Shown here: one piece after another, positions 37,230 through 46,638 of the stretch | Layout of the letters: every line of letters starts with the position of its first letter | Numbering within the stretch: position 1 is the first letter of the stretch | From: a virus | Lineage: Duplodnaviria; Caudoviricetes | IMG/VR virus record: IMGVR_UViG_3300049988_000245 | Coordinates: 96,001 to 160,000 of that record | Direction: 5' to 3' (one strand) | DNA length: 64,000 bases | Position numbers and translations under genes: made by a program | The notes under the pieces: generated by a model | What the model saw: the letters and a program-made list of their open reading frames with translations, nothing else | Told to the model about the DNA's origin: nothing | The model's database searches: none

Positions 37230-37498
37230 CTCGCATCCATATCATTCAATTCCCACCAACGCATTCGTACTTCGGCAGGATGTATATTGTCGATCAGATA
37301 CTGCCTCACGTGACGCTTGAAACCAACCCTCACTCGTTGGTCGAATTTCTCGTGGACAGCCAGGATTTCAACACATGGTGCTATGACCGGCGAATTCCGA
37401 TCCATGGGAAGAAGTATGCTCATCTTCCAAATGAGTGTGAATATGTCGATCTGAGCGATGATCAGCGATTCGAATTCAAAATGCGTTGGGGTTACTGA
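37226..37498 (+). CDS. FKMRW-family small protein
   Basis: Ends LSDDQRFEFKMRWGY. Confidence 0.8.
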   Translation: MTRIHIIQFPPTHSYFGRMYIVDQILPHVTLETNPHSLVEFLVDSQDFNTWCYDRRIPIHGKKYAHLPNECEYVDLSDDQRFEFKMRWGY

Positions 37499-37782
37499 TG
37501 CATCCCATTTTGTTAGCTGCGGTCCAGTTTTTTCGGTTCGACGATGGCGTAACGCCCGCGATTGTAGTGTTCGTGGGTGATCTCGCGGCGCGATGTCACA
37601 TGGAAGATGAATTCTTGAAACACTTGCCACCCCGGCATGACGCAGTGGAATTCTTTGATTGGTGTGATGAACGCGGACTGAAACCCATGCTGGAGCAAGA
37701 TGAGCCGGATGAAAACCTCTGGACGGTCAAAATTCCTGACCCGACGATTCGGTTCGAATTCCGTATGCGCTGGGGCAACTGA
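37498..37782 (+). CDS. FKMRW-family small protein
   Basis: DWCDERG..IPDPTIRFEFRMRWGN. Confidence 0.8.
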   Translation: MHPILLAAVQFFRFDDGVTPAIVVFVGDLAARCHMEDEFLKHLPPRHDAVEFFDWCDERGLKPMLEQDEPDENLWTVKIPDPTIRFEFRMRWGN

Positions 37783-38114
37783 TGGCAACGTTCTTCGACA
37801 TCGACGACCCGATCATCCGGAGGCTCAATTTCAAGCAAATTGGGGACGATTTCGCTGGTCTGTACCGGGTCGCACCGAGGTGGGACCCCCTGGTGGAGCA
37901 TACGATTAACCCTCAGGAGGATTATGCGCCTGACTTTCAGGAAATGATCGACTTTGTCCAGTCGGATGCTTTGCTCGGACAGATGTATGTGGAATACTAC
38001 GACCCGTTCAAGATGGCTGCTTCCAATGGTGGACGAATCGTCCGCTACCACAGCATCAATTTCTATTTTACCGACTCGGCTACGGCGTTCGCATTTAAGA
38101 TGAGGTTCGGCTGA
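37782..38114 (+). CDS. FKMRW-family small protein
   Basis: Ends FTDSATAFAFKMRFG. Confidence 0.8.
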   Translation: MATFFDIDDPIIRRLNFKQIGDDFAGLYRVAPRWDPLVEHTINPQEDYAPDFQEMIDFVQSDALLGQMYVEYYDPFKMAASNGGRIVRYHSINFYFTDSATAFAFKMRFG

Positions 38115-38338
38115 TGGCCAAGCAGGCGGTATATTCGAGTTCCGAGTGGAAACAACCGGCGCGTATGCCCCATGGGGTAAGGATAAAAGTGGATTCTCAT
38201 CCCTGGTCTGAGATCAAAGGGTGGCTTAGAGACCGCAGTCATATTGGGGTGTTCCGGTTCGACGAAGGTGCGTTTCACAACGTATTCTGGTTTTCGAACG
38301 AGAACACGGCGTTCGAGTTCAAGGTACGATTTGGATGA
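38114..38338 (+). CDS. FKMRW-family small protein
   Basis: Ends FSNENTAFEFKVRFG. Confidence 0.8.
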   Translation: MAKQAVYSSSEWKQPARMPHGVRIKVDSHPWSEIKGWLRDRSHIGVFRFDEGAFHNVFWFSNENTAFEFKVRFG

Positions 38339-38955
38339 AAATTTTCTTCAAACCGGAAGATCGCTCGTACTTGTATTATGCGAACGCCCGTGGTCGCGAC
38401 ATCTGCGCGAAGCTAAACTTCATGGGGCGGCTGGTCCTGCGTGCGGAGGGATGGCGGGTCGAGCCGAACAGCATCTTCCATCCTGATGGTTCTTATCGAT
38501 TTTTCGAGAACGGTTTTCTTGGAAATGGTGCCGGAGAGGGCGTACCGTTCATCGACGATCTGCGGATGGCCAAGCGTCAGGCGAGGGAGATGTTCCGAAG
38601 GATCGAGCGGCGGACCTACCGGAACGCTTTCCGCATGTGCCGGTCAGATATCTTCCGTGAGCGGATGTCTGGCCTTACAAGTGAGAAGAAGGTCCGCCGC
38701 TGGAGTCAGAACGGAGAACTTCGACACGCTCCGAAGGCGCTGCGGTATCCGATGTTCATTGGGGATGACTTCGATTCCCTCCCCGAGGGGATGGAGGAGT
38801 GGCTGAACACGCGCGACTGCACTCTTCCTACGTTGGAAGGGACCTGCTTCACCACCAAGCGGATGACCCGCTCGATTACCCACCGGGTGCATGACGTGAT
38901 GATCGACTTTCCCGATCGAGAGACGGCGTTCGAGTTCAAAATGAGGTGGCTTTGA
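38335..38955 (+). CDS. FKMRW-family protein with long N-terminal domain
   Basis: Ends FPDRETAFEFKMRWL. Confidence 0.8.
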   Translation: MKIFFKPEDRSYLYYANARGRDICAKLNFMGRLVLRAEGWRVEPNSIFHPDGSYRFFENGFLGNGAGEGVPFIDDLRMAKRQAREMFRRIERRTYRNAFRMCRSDIFRERMSGLTSEKKVRRWSQNGELRHAPKALRYPMFIGDDFDSLPEGMEEWLNTRDCTLPTLEGTCFTTKRMTRSITHRVHDVMIDFPDRETAFEFKMRWL

Positions 38956-39037
38956 TGTTGCGCAAGCTGTTCGGACGCAATGACGGCATGGGGATTACCA
39001 TCTGTCTGAAGGCGATTGATGCGATCAGGATTTCCGT

Positions 39038-39406
39038 ATGAAAATATCTGCGCTTGCTGTAATCGCTTGTGTCGTAACCGGTTCTCTCGTGCTCGGAGTG
39101 TACTGGCTTGCCTTGGCATACCAAAATCGAGTCAACAAAATAAAATATCTGGAGTATACTAGGGAATTAAGAAACGCGATAAAGAATCCACATTATAGGA
39201 TTGTATGGGACTTTAGAAATAAAACATCAATTAATCAATGTATAAATTGGAACGTTAACGAACAAAAAATTGACCTTAGCCAAGAAGTTATCAGTTGGCT
39301 TGATGAAAACTGTCCAGAAGTACGGGTTATGCAGGACGATTACGATCTCCTAATAATTTTTACGAACGAAGAGGACAAATTCCATTTTAAGATGAGATGG
39401 ATGTGA
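39038..39406 (+). CDS. membrane-anchored FKMRW-family protein
   Basis: N-terminal TM helix; ends FTNEEDKFHFKMRWM; AT-rich. Confidence 0.8.
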   Translation: MKISALAVIACVVTGSLVLGVYWLALAYQNRVNKIKYLEYTRELRNAIKNPHYRIVWDFRNKTSINQCINWNVNEQKIDLSQEVISWLDENCPEVRVMQDDYDLLIIFTNEEDKFHFKMRWM

Positions 39407-39762
39407 TGGACCTGCAATTCTGGATCGGATTCTGGATAATATGGGGGAGTTGGATTCCGGCGATCTTTGCAATCCTCTCCGACTTGGATGGGGATCGGGT
39501 ACGACGTGAGCGCAAGGCGATTCTGCGCGGGCCATCCTTGTGCATCGAAGGAAAGCCCTTGATACAGGAGTTTCCGGAGATTCAGAAGCTGGAGCGCTCT
39601 GCCAGACCCGTCAGATCGGGTGGGGCGCTGTACGCCGAGGTGTGCGAATGGTGCGATAAATTCCTCAAGAGCCCTCCCCGGTACTATCGGGACAATCGGC
39701 GCCCCTACGCGGTGTTCCGTTATCCGGACGACGCGTTCCAGTTCAAGCTGCGGTGGCTATGA
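39406..39762 (+). CDS. membrane-anchored FKMRW-family protein
   Basis: Trp-rich N-terminal TM; ends FRYPDDAFQFKLRWL. Confidence 0.8.
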   Translation: MDLQFWIGFWIIWGSWIPAIFAILSDLDGDRVRRERKAILRGPSLCIEGKPLIQEFPEIQKLERSARPVRSGGALYAEVCEWCDKFLKSPPRYYRDNRRPYAVFRYPDDAFQFKLRWL

Positions 39763-40154
39763 TGCTAGTGGGGATTCTGACAGGAGTGATCCTCTCGGTT
39801 GGATTTATCGGCGGGGCTATCGGTCTGAAGAAGTATCGCGCAAGGATGCAGGAGTTCGATCGAAGAATCCGGGAGTATGATCTCCTCCTGCTCCGAGCGA
39901 AGCCGAATTTCATCTTTTCCCTGGGCAATATTTCAGACACGCGCGGTACCCATATATCTTCGCCAGCTTCCCAATACGAATGGATTCGCTATGACCTGCG
40001 GCATGGTCTGTTCGAGGTTCATCCTGACGTGATCAAGTGGTGCGACGAACTTGCACCCGGATATGTGGTGGAGAATGACGAGCAATCTGGTGAGATGATC
40101 CTCGCCTTTGCCAACGAGAACGACAGGTTTCATTTTAAGATGAGGTGGTTGTGA
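39762..40154 (+). CDS. membrane-anchored FKMRW-family protein
   Basis: N-terminal TM; ends FANENDRFHFKMRWL. Confidence 0.8.
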   Translation: MLVGILTGVILSVGFIGGAIGLKKYRARMQEFDRRIREYDLLLLRAKPNFIFSLGNISDTRGTHISSPASQYEWIRYDLRHGLFEVHPDVIKWCDELAPGYVVENDEQSGEMILAFANENDRFHFKMRWL

Positions 40155-40348
40155 TGCCAATATTCTTCGTACCCCCGCAGCATCGCACATGCCCGGATTG
40201 TGATGTCCTTGTTCCGATAGCTATTTCGGTTGCAGTCGTAGTTTTTACGATAGTCTTTCTCTGTGCCGCTGTATTCCTGATCGGATTCGTAGAAAGGCGA
40301 ATTTGTAAGAAGCCAATCAGTAATCGGATCATAGAGAAACCAAAATGA
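40154..40348 (+). CDS. small membrane protein
   Basis: TGATG start, CPDC then long hydrophobic helix. Confidence 0.55.
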   Translation: MPIFFVPPQHRTCPDCDVLVPIAISVAVVVFTIVFLCAAVFLIGFVERRICKKPISNRIIEKPK

Positions 40349-41114
40349 TACTGAGAGGCCGAGCTACGCTCAGCCTGCTGTGTGCTTGCTTGTTCACTGA
40401 CGTTCACTTCGCTTCACCACAGCGAAATATCTTAAAGATCATTCATCCTTGATCTCGAAAGATCATCGCTTTATTCTCCCCCTCCACTTGAGACATAATG
40501 GTTTCAAGAAACAATTATCACTCAAGTGGAAGAGAAGATGGTTCGGTTGTCTCGATGAGTCAATCGTTCAACAAGCCACGTAGCTGATTCTACTCAGCGC
40601 AGGCGGTTACCCGGTACCTGCTTTGCAGCCCAATCTCGGCATGATTCCTTCTGAAACTGATGTAGGGAGGGTCCACGCATGTGCTCATCGAGCCCTTTCA
40701 TGCCTGGGTCTTGCCATCCAGCGAATCTGTTTTATCTGCCTAACGGTCGTTGCTTTTGCAACACTCACACCACCAGACTGTTGAAGCATCGGTGGTGCGC
40801 AGGAACGGGCCAAAGGTCGTCGAAGGCACACGTTTCCTGTCATTTTAGGTGCGTTTTGCGAAAATCCCTTGGGATTCGCCGAGCCGCCGTTTTCGTCGCC
40901 CGAGGGGCGCATCGATCCGTCTCGTGGGCCGTCTTTGCCGAGGGTCCGGTCTACAGGTCGATGACCCTCAGTTCCCGGATGCCAGTTTGTGGGCGGAGCA
41001 ACCCGATGACGCAGGCTCCTAGACGTATGCTTGGTTCAAGATGGTTATATTTATCGTTCATCGTTTTCAATATATTTCGTTGAACCAAAAATGAATTTCT
41101 GCTATTGCCCCATC

Positions 41115-41609
41115 ATGTGTGATCTCCTTTCGCTCCCCAAGCTCGACCATCCTCTGCTCGATCCTCACGCGATCATCGCCTGGGATATGGACGGGACGCT
41201 CATCGACGGTCCGAACGCGAAGTTTTTTCGCGCGTACATTCTCGCTCATCCCGAGAAGCAACATCACATTGTCACGTTCCGGACCGGACCGGCTCTGCGA
41301 ATCACTGAGGTGGAGATGTGGAAGGACGAGTGCGTGTACGAGTTGTTCCACCTCGGCGTCCCCCATGGGACGATCAAGCAGACTCACTCGATGCCCGACC
41401 ACCTCTATCACGCCTGGGCGCAGCGGAAGAGCTTCATCCAAGAGACCGAGGTCGCCGCGTTCCTTGACTGGAAGGGGAAGACCGCCGCAGAGATAGGCGC
41501 CACCGTGATGATCGATGATATGCCCGGAATGGTGAAGAAGGGCTGCGCCAAGTACGGAGTGACGTTCATCGACGCCCATAGTAAACAGTTCGGCTACGAG
41601 GGCGAATGA
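41115..41609 (+). CDS. HAD-superfamily hydrolase
   Basis: AWDMDGTLID motif I, K motif III, MIDD motif IV. Confidence 0.85.
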   Translation: MCDLLSLPKLDHPLLDPHAIIAWDMDGTLIDGPNAKFFRAYILAHPEKQHHIVTFRTGPALRITEVEMWKDECVYELFHLGVPHGTIKQTHSMPDHLYHAWAQRKSFIQETEVAAFLDWKGKTAAEIGATVMIDDMPGMVKKGCAKYGVTFIDAHSKQFGYEGE

Positions 41610-41836
41610 TGTGGTCGCAGGACGAGGACGAAACTGAGGTTTGGCGCCGGACCGATGGGGCTACGGTGAAACGTATGTCAGGCGCGACGCTGAATCCATA
41701 TTCGGTCCATGACCGGACCGGATGCGCGATGCAAAACTTCTATCCCGGACGCAAACCGGTTCGTAGGATGTTCAAGTCGCCTGAGTTCGCCATGCTCGCG
41801 GCGGACAAGCACTGGCCACTGAAGGTGGACGCATGA
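41606..41836 (+). CDS. hypothetical protein
   Basis: Coupled to neighbours by overlapping stop/start. Confidence 0.55.
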   Translation: MMWSQDEDETEVWRRTDGATVKRMSGATLNPYSVHDRTGCAMQNFYPGRKPVRRMFKSPEFAMLAADKHWPLKVDA

Positions 41837-42351
41837 GGTTGCTCCGGTACGTCGTCGAGCATCACCGGGCCAAGGGTCTCTGCCCGTATCAGATCGGCTT
41901 CAGGTCGTGGATCACCGACGAGGAGCGGGACGAGATGATTGCCTGGGCTCAGGCGAACTTGTCGGCGAACGCTGATTGGCACCCGCGCGCACATACGTGG
42001 CACTTCCCCACAGAGGAAGAGCTAAACGCGTTCATCGCGCATCGTCGGATGGACACCTGGGAAACGCGGATTCCACAGTGCATATGGGATGATGCCCCGT
42101 TCGAAGTGGCTGGATGGGTGACGGTGGACTCCCGAAAGCACCAGCGCCTCGATTTCGAAGAGAATTCTATCGACTGGTTCTGGTGCCGGGTGGACAAATG
42201 GGTCGTCGAGAATTGTCAGAAGCAGGTCATCAATTCGTCGCTCTCTCCGGGTCAGAATCGGGGGCGCGGTGCGCTTCTATCCAACTATGAGTCGCATTTT
42301 GGATTCGAGAGCGCCGAGGAAGCCACGTTGTTTCGAATTCGCTGGAACTAG
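41833..42351 (+). CDS. FKMRW-family protein with two tandem family-like domains
   Basis: PYQIGF..AW....WHFPTEEELNAF, then second unit ending FESAEEATLFRIRWN. Confidence 0.7.
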   Translation: MRLLRYVVEHHRAKGLCPYQIGFRSWITDEERDEMIAWAQANLSANADWHPRAHTWHFPTEEELNAFIAHRRMDTWETRIPQCIWDDAPFEVAGWVTVDSRKHQRLDFEENSIDWFWCRVDKWVVENCQKQVINSSLSPGQNRGRGALLSNYESHFGFESAEEATLFRIRWN

Positions 42352-42677
42352 CGCCTCTTTAGGGTGACCCGGTAGGCGCCGCCACCATTGAGGATTTCGA
42401 TCGAGCGAACCCCGTTGGCCCGCTCCATCCAGTGGGGAAACTCCCGGCAGATTGCCCCGGACTTTCCCGTGACGACGACGAAGCTCGCCACCCCGGCCTT
42501 GCGCTTCTCTTCGACCATCCCGAGTGTTCGGGTGTGAGCGGACGCGATCGTGTCCCCGTGGAGGTCGATCGATTCTAGGGGTAAGTATGGCTCCAGCCGT
42601 GGGTCACGGCGAATCTCGCCCTGGCCCAGCGGGGTTATAGAGCGTTTCACATATTCCCAGAGTGAATCTTTCTTCAT
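42348..42677 (-). CDS. Smr domain protein
   Basis: IDLHG, VVTGKSG, GGGA..V.LK motifs. Confidence 0.9.
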   Translation of the reverse strand: MKKDSLWEYVKRSITPLGQGEIRRDPRLEPYLPLESIDLHGDTIASAHTRTLGMVEEKRKAGVASFVVVTGKSGAICREFPHWMERANGVRSIEILNGGGAYRVTLKRR

Positions 42678-42902
42678 GGCTCGATTCGGCTAAAAAATTA
42701 ATCCACTTTACCGAATCTGCTTGCGCGGTCGCAATATCAAATTAGGTTTCTCACCGTACGGCTATGGCGTGAGAGCACGCATGCAGCAATGCATTCATTC
42801 GGCCGTGCAGATTCGAGACCCAAGCTAACCCTGAACGTCTCGTTTCGACCCTCGGTGCCGGTCTTTGTCTGGGTGCCCTTGGATGGGACCGGCACCGTTG
42901 GC

Positions 42903-43148
42903 TCAATACCAACGCAGCTTGAACTCCATCGCCGCGTCTGGATCGGTAAACGCGAATCCCGTCTTCTTCGATCCATACCAGCGACGCGCGAAATCCGTCT
43001 CGAATCGCGATCCGGGCGGGTCCATCGGCCCGAAGCGATCGACCACCCACCCTAGGATGGAAATATATTCGGCGAAGGCTTCCTCTTCGGCCCAAATGAA
43101 CCCGTAGGGATACCCGTGGAGGTTCTGGTGCTCTTTGAATCTTACCAT
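42903..43148 (-). CDS. FKMRW-family small protein
   Basis: YPYGF..WVVDRFG..FTDPDAAMEFKLRWY. Confidence 0.8.
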   Translation of the reverse strand: MVRFKEHQNLHGYPYGFIWAEEEAFAEYISILGWVVDRFGPMDPPGSRFETDFARRWYGSKKTGFAFTDPDAAMEFKLRWY

Positions 43149-43426
43149 TAGCACCACCGCATCTTGAAACCGAAAGCATCCTCTGAGTTGGCGAAGTAGA
43201 TGTTATAGGCTAAAGGCCGATAGCGGGTGAAATCCATGCCGTCGTACTGGTTTCTACACCACCACAGGATTTCATCCAGAAAATCTTCCGGATTTCCTAA
43301 GCCTTTATCGGTGAACGCCGTCGTCTTGAGGCGAAACCGGTATGGATAGGCAGTGCCTTCGGCTGTAGCCTCCTCCCACACGCGTATCCCTTCCCACTCC
43401 GGCTTCATCTGACTGATCCGTCGCAT
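43148..43426 (-). CDS. FKMRW-family small protein
   Basis: YPYRF..WCRNQY..FANSEDAFGFKMRWC. Confidence 0.8.
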   Translation of the reverse strand: MRRISQMKPEWEGIRVWEEATAEGTAYPYRFRLKTTAFTDKGLGNPEDFLDEILWWCRNQYDGMDFTRYRPLAYNIYFANSEDAFGFKMRWC

Positions 43427-43662
43427 CAGGTCCACCGCAGTCGAAATTCCATGATGTCGTCCGGTTGTGTGAGGACGATCGCATAGGGGTAGTAGGCCCA
43501 GCGCTTCGGTACGTCGGTAACCTGCTGGATTTCTTCCGCCTCACCGAATCGCGATATGCACCAGATCACCACGGCGTTGTAACGGACCATATCGGCGGCC
43601 TTGCCGACGAAGTGAACGGTGCCTTCGACTGAATGGTCTATGTGAAATCGAAGATCGTCCAT
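43426..43662 (-). CDS. FKMRW-family small protein
   Basis: WCISRFG..LTQPDDIMEFRLRWT. Confidence 0.8.
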   Translation of the reverse strand: MDDLRFHIDHSVEGTVHFVGKAADMVRYNAVVIWCISRFGEAEEIQQVTDVPKRWAYYPYAIVLTQPDDIMEFRLRWT

Positions 43663-43979
43663 CACCCCTGAGCCCATTTGGCTTGGCCATTTTCGTACAT
43701 GGTAAACCTCTTGCCCCGTAGGAGATCGGTCGTCAGAGCGAACCGACCGTTGACGAGCCGTTCCGTGCCTCCCGAGCAGGCGTAGAGAAGCCCGTCGTTG
43801 GGATTGCGCAGATAGGTGGGGCCGCCGCAGACCATGTCGCGCGCATCCATAGAATGAAATAGCTCCGTCTCTTCGTCCTCGTGCCAGCCCTTGGCCTTGA
43901 GCGCATCGACCTGAGCGAAACGACCATACTCCATCGGGGATGCTCCTAAAATTGGTTCGACGAAAATTATTGCGCGCAT
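43662..43979 (-). CDS. hypothetical protein
   Basis: Co-oriented and coupled to FKMRW array. Confidence 0.5.
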   Translation of the reverse strand: MRAIIFVEPILGASPMEYGRFAQVDALKAKGWHEDEETELFHSMDARDMVCGGPTYLRNPNDGLLYACSGGTERLVNGRFALTTDLLRGKRFTMYENGQAKWAQG

Positions 43980-44018
43980 GGTTAATGCCCGCTATGGTCC
44001 CTTCATCGAACAGGGGAT

Positions 44019-44447
44019 GTGCCTGACCCTAGTCGAGTGATTAAAATTTTTCCAGGCATTCTTGATTTTTCCAAGGTTACTATTTTCATGTCCGACTCCG
44101 TTGCTGCAACCGAAGCCCGTCGTCCGCGCGCCCCCAAGGGTGGTCGCGTCAAGGAGCGCGCCCGCCGCGTCATCGACACCGCCAGCCTCGCCGACTACCT
44201 CGCCGGTCTCGATCTCGGTGTGAACCCGTCCATCCATGTGAACGGCCACGCCTTCCAGATGGCCCTTGTCACGGTCGATTTCGGCCAGCCCCTCAAGTCG
44301 ATCAAGCTCACCCAGGAGCAGAACGCCGAGTTCACCGATCGCCTTCGCAAGCTCGGTCGCGAAGTCCTCGGCCGTGGCGAGAACGCCGCCGTGCGCGTCT
44401 CCCACGACCTCACCGCTGGTCTGGTTTACTACGTCAGCGCGGTCTAA
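44019..44447 (+). CDS. hypothetical basic protein (start probably 44088)
   Basis: Strong host-like codon bias, followed by terminator. Confidence 0.6.
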   Translation: MPDPSRVIKIFPGILDFSKVTIFMSDSVAATEARRPRAPKGGRVKERARRVIDTASLADYLAGLDLGVNPSIHVNGHAFQMALVTVDFGQPLKSIKLTQEQNAEFTDRLRKLGREVLGRGENAAVRVSHDLTAGLVYYVSAV

Positions 44448-44517
44448 CTCGAATCCCCGTGCTCCGAGGGGTTATTCGGGCGGACTCCTCTTTTGTTCCC
44501 ACTTGGGTAACCAACTT

Positions 44518-44548
44518 GGGCGTCACCTTCGCGGGTGTCGCCCTTTTT
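44518..44548 (+). terminator. intrinsic terminator
   Basis: GGGCGTCACC-loop-GGTGTCGCCC-TTTTT. Confidence 0.65.
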
Positions 44549-44552
44549 CGTG

Positions 44553-45284
44553 TCAGTCGTCGTCCTGGGGAATCGACCGGGGAGGTACCGGGACCCCATA
44601 GTAGGGATCGACCTCCTGCCGATCATACGGGGACGGCTCCCGGCGGGTCTCCGCTCGCACGTATGGGGGCGGAACCCGGCGCGGCTCTTCCAGGCTGAAC
44701 GTCGGGGGCTCTCGGCGCGGCTCCGCTTGAACGGTCCGTCTGGGAACCTCGCCGACCGGCTTAGGCTCGTACAGGGACAGAATTTCGTCCGGACGCTTCA
44801 ACGGCATCGCGCGGACCGTCTCGACCACCCTGGGGTAGCCTAGAGACTCCGCCACGCCTGATCGGCTCGCCACAGACGCCCGACCCATCTCGATCCCGTG
44901 GCAAGCGGTAAAATAGATGGCCGTGAAGTTCGCTGACTTGCGAATCGTCTCCGGTGGATCGGGATTGAACGGCGCGATCATCAGGGCGACCACCTTGCCC
45001 GGACGCTCTGCGATCAGCGTGGGATGGCGCTTCGAGCAGTACACGTAGGATTTTTCCTTCGCCGCTGCCTGCCGTCCTGCGTGGCTGGCCTTGTACATAT
45101 CGATGGAAACCTGTCGAAGCGTCCCATCGGGAATCTCCCGGACCACGCTGTTCTGGGTGATCTGGAACTCGTCGCACCCGTCCTTGTGGCACAGCGCGCG
45201 TACCAGATCGGGGCGCGGTCCTCCCGGCTCCGCATAGGCGTATGAAACTAGCAACACGGATGCTATGGCAGCGACGGCGCGCAT
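44553..45284 (-). CDS. secreted protein with Pro/Arg-rich tail
   Basis: Signal MRAVAAIASVLLVSYAYA; Cys pairs; repeated EPRR..PP C-terminus. Confidence 0.6.
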   Translation of the reverse strand: MRAVAAIASVLLVSYAYAEPGGPRPDLVRALCHKDGCDEFQITQNSVVREIPDGTLRQVSIDMYKASHAGRQAAAKEKSYVYCSKRHPTLIAERPGKVVALMIAPFNPDPPETIRKSANFTAIYFTACHGIEMGRASVASRSGVAESLGYPRVVETVRAMPLKRPDEILSLYEPKPVGEVPRRTVQAEPRREPPTFSLEEPRRVPPPYVRAETRREPSPYDRQEVDPYYGVPVPPRSIPQDDD

Positions 45285-45376
45285 AAAGTTCCCCCTTGGA
45301 ATGACACCCATCCATAGGCAAAAACTTTGCCGAGATCGAGGCGAATCCCGGACACAACGCGACAATAAATACCGTC

Positions 45377-46057
45377 ATGCGTTACCAAGAATTTGCCCGA
45401 CCCATTGTGAATGAGATCGAAACGAACGCCCAGATGGGCGATGACGCGTTTATTGATCATCTCCATAAAGATGACTTCAGCGGTCGTCAGTTGGACCTGT
45501 TCAGGGAAATCCCGTCGCTGGAGCCAGACATTCCACCGAACTATAAGTTCGTGGGTCGGCTCGGTGAATTCTTCGTCGCCAAACGGAACAAAGAACGCGG
45601 GAATCCCTACACCAGCTACGTATTCTTCAATCGAGATTCAGCACTCGGATATGTCTCGCTCGCCGCGTATGACCGGTCGGCCTCGCAGTATCCCGCCCAT
45701 GCCCCGGAGGCGCCCGAACTGTCCGGCATCGGACTTCGCATCCATGGGGTGCAAGTACAGCCGAAGTTCCGAGGTCAGGGCCTGGGTTTGAAAATGTACA
45801 AGTGGCTGTTGGAGAACGTCTGCGACTACTTGATGGCCGATGACGTACAGACTCCCGATGGCGTCGCGCTGTGGAAACGCCTCCAGGCGCAATCGAACAT
45901 CTTCACCGTCGAGGTCTGGGACGGTGAGAAGTTCGAATCTCGCTTCCGAAAGCGTGGGCGGGATTTTAATTACGTGTACGACAAATGCCACCTCATCCCA
46001 TGGGTAACGATCCCGTCGAAATACGAAATGGTTATCGAACATCCTGACAACAACTAA
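45377..46057 (+). CDS. GNAT-family acetyltransferase
   Basis: VQVQPKFRGQGLGLKMY acetyl-CoA motif, D..QTPDG..LW. Confidence 0.8.
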   Translation: MRYQEFARPIVNEIETNAQMGDDAFIDHLHKDDFSGRQLDLFREIPSLEPDIPPNYKFVGRLGEFFVAKRNKERGNPYTSYVFFNRDSALGYVSLAAYDRSASQYPAHAPEAPELSGIGLRIHGVQVQPKFRGQGLGLKMYKWLLENVCDYLMADDVQTPDGVALWKRLQAQSNIFTVEVWDGEKFESRFRKRGRDFNYVYDKCHLIPWVTIPSKYEMVIEHPDNN

Positions 46058-46359
46058 GCTGGATTCCCTCGTAGGATTCGTGTACCCCGCAGGGCATGCG
46101 ACACCTCCCTATAATCGGCTCCGTTCTCGTTGGCCTCTCGATCGTCCCCGCGCTCTACCTGGGCCTGCTTTACAGCCGTGGGCAGACCTTTCCGGGGATG
46201 CCTCGCTGGATGGTCCCGGTGAGTCCCACGGGGGTCGTGAGGCTCCCTGATCCGGTCGAATTGGTTGAGCCCATTCAGGTGGCCGTACTGGCGCCCCCGA
46301 AGTCTATTCAGGCACGTGCGGGTAAGCTAAAGTAGCCGCTGATCTCTCATGGATATCTC

Positions 46360-46638
46360 ATGGCCGTCGAATCGTGGACGCTGATCTTCTCCCTCCTGTT
46401 CCTCCAGCAGGAGAGCGGTACCCCAGCGAAAATCGAGCACATGCCACCGATCCTGGGAATCGAGTCGGAGAAACTGTGCACGGCGGCCAAGGACGCGATG
46501 ATCGACGCGTATGAGGGCGAGGCGACCGAGCCGATGGCCGACTACGAGCCTCCGAAGGATCAGCCGGACAAGGCTCAGCCGTTGGATGAGCAGTTCCACT
46601 TGATGCGCCCGATCGGGGTCTGCATCAAAGTGAGGTGA
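46360..46638 (+). CDS. small exported/membrane protein
   Basis: Hydrophobic N-terminus, C...K..C pattern. Confidence 0.45.
   Translation: MAVESWTLIFSLLFLQQESGTPAKIEHMPPILGIESEKLCTAAKDAMIDAYEGEATEPMADYEPPKDQPDKAQPLDEQFHLMRPIGVCIKVR

Noticed and set aside
36981-40154. Recurrent 24-30 nt motif as a CRISPR array or DGR repeat
   Set aside because: Intervening sequences are 200-600 nt intact ORFs of variable length, the repeat varies synonymously, and no cas or reverse transcriptase gene is in the window.
44448-44552. Small RNA in the intergenic gap
   Set aside because: Hairpins are explained by a terminator between convergent genes; no identifiable ncRNA signature.
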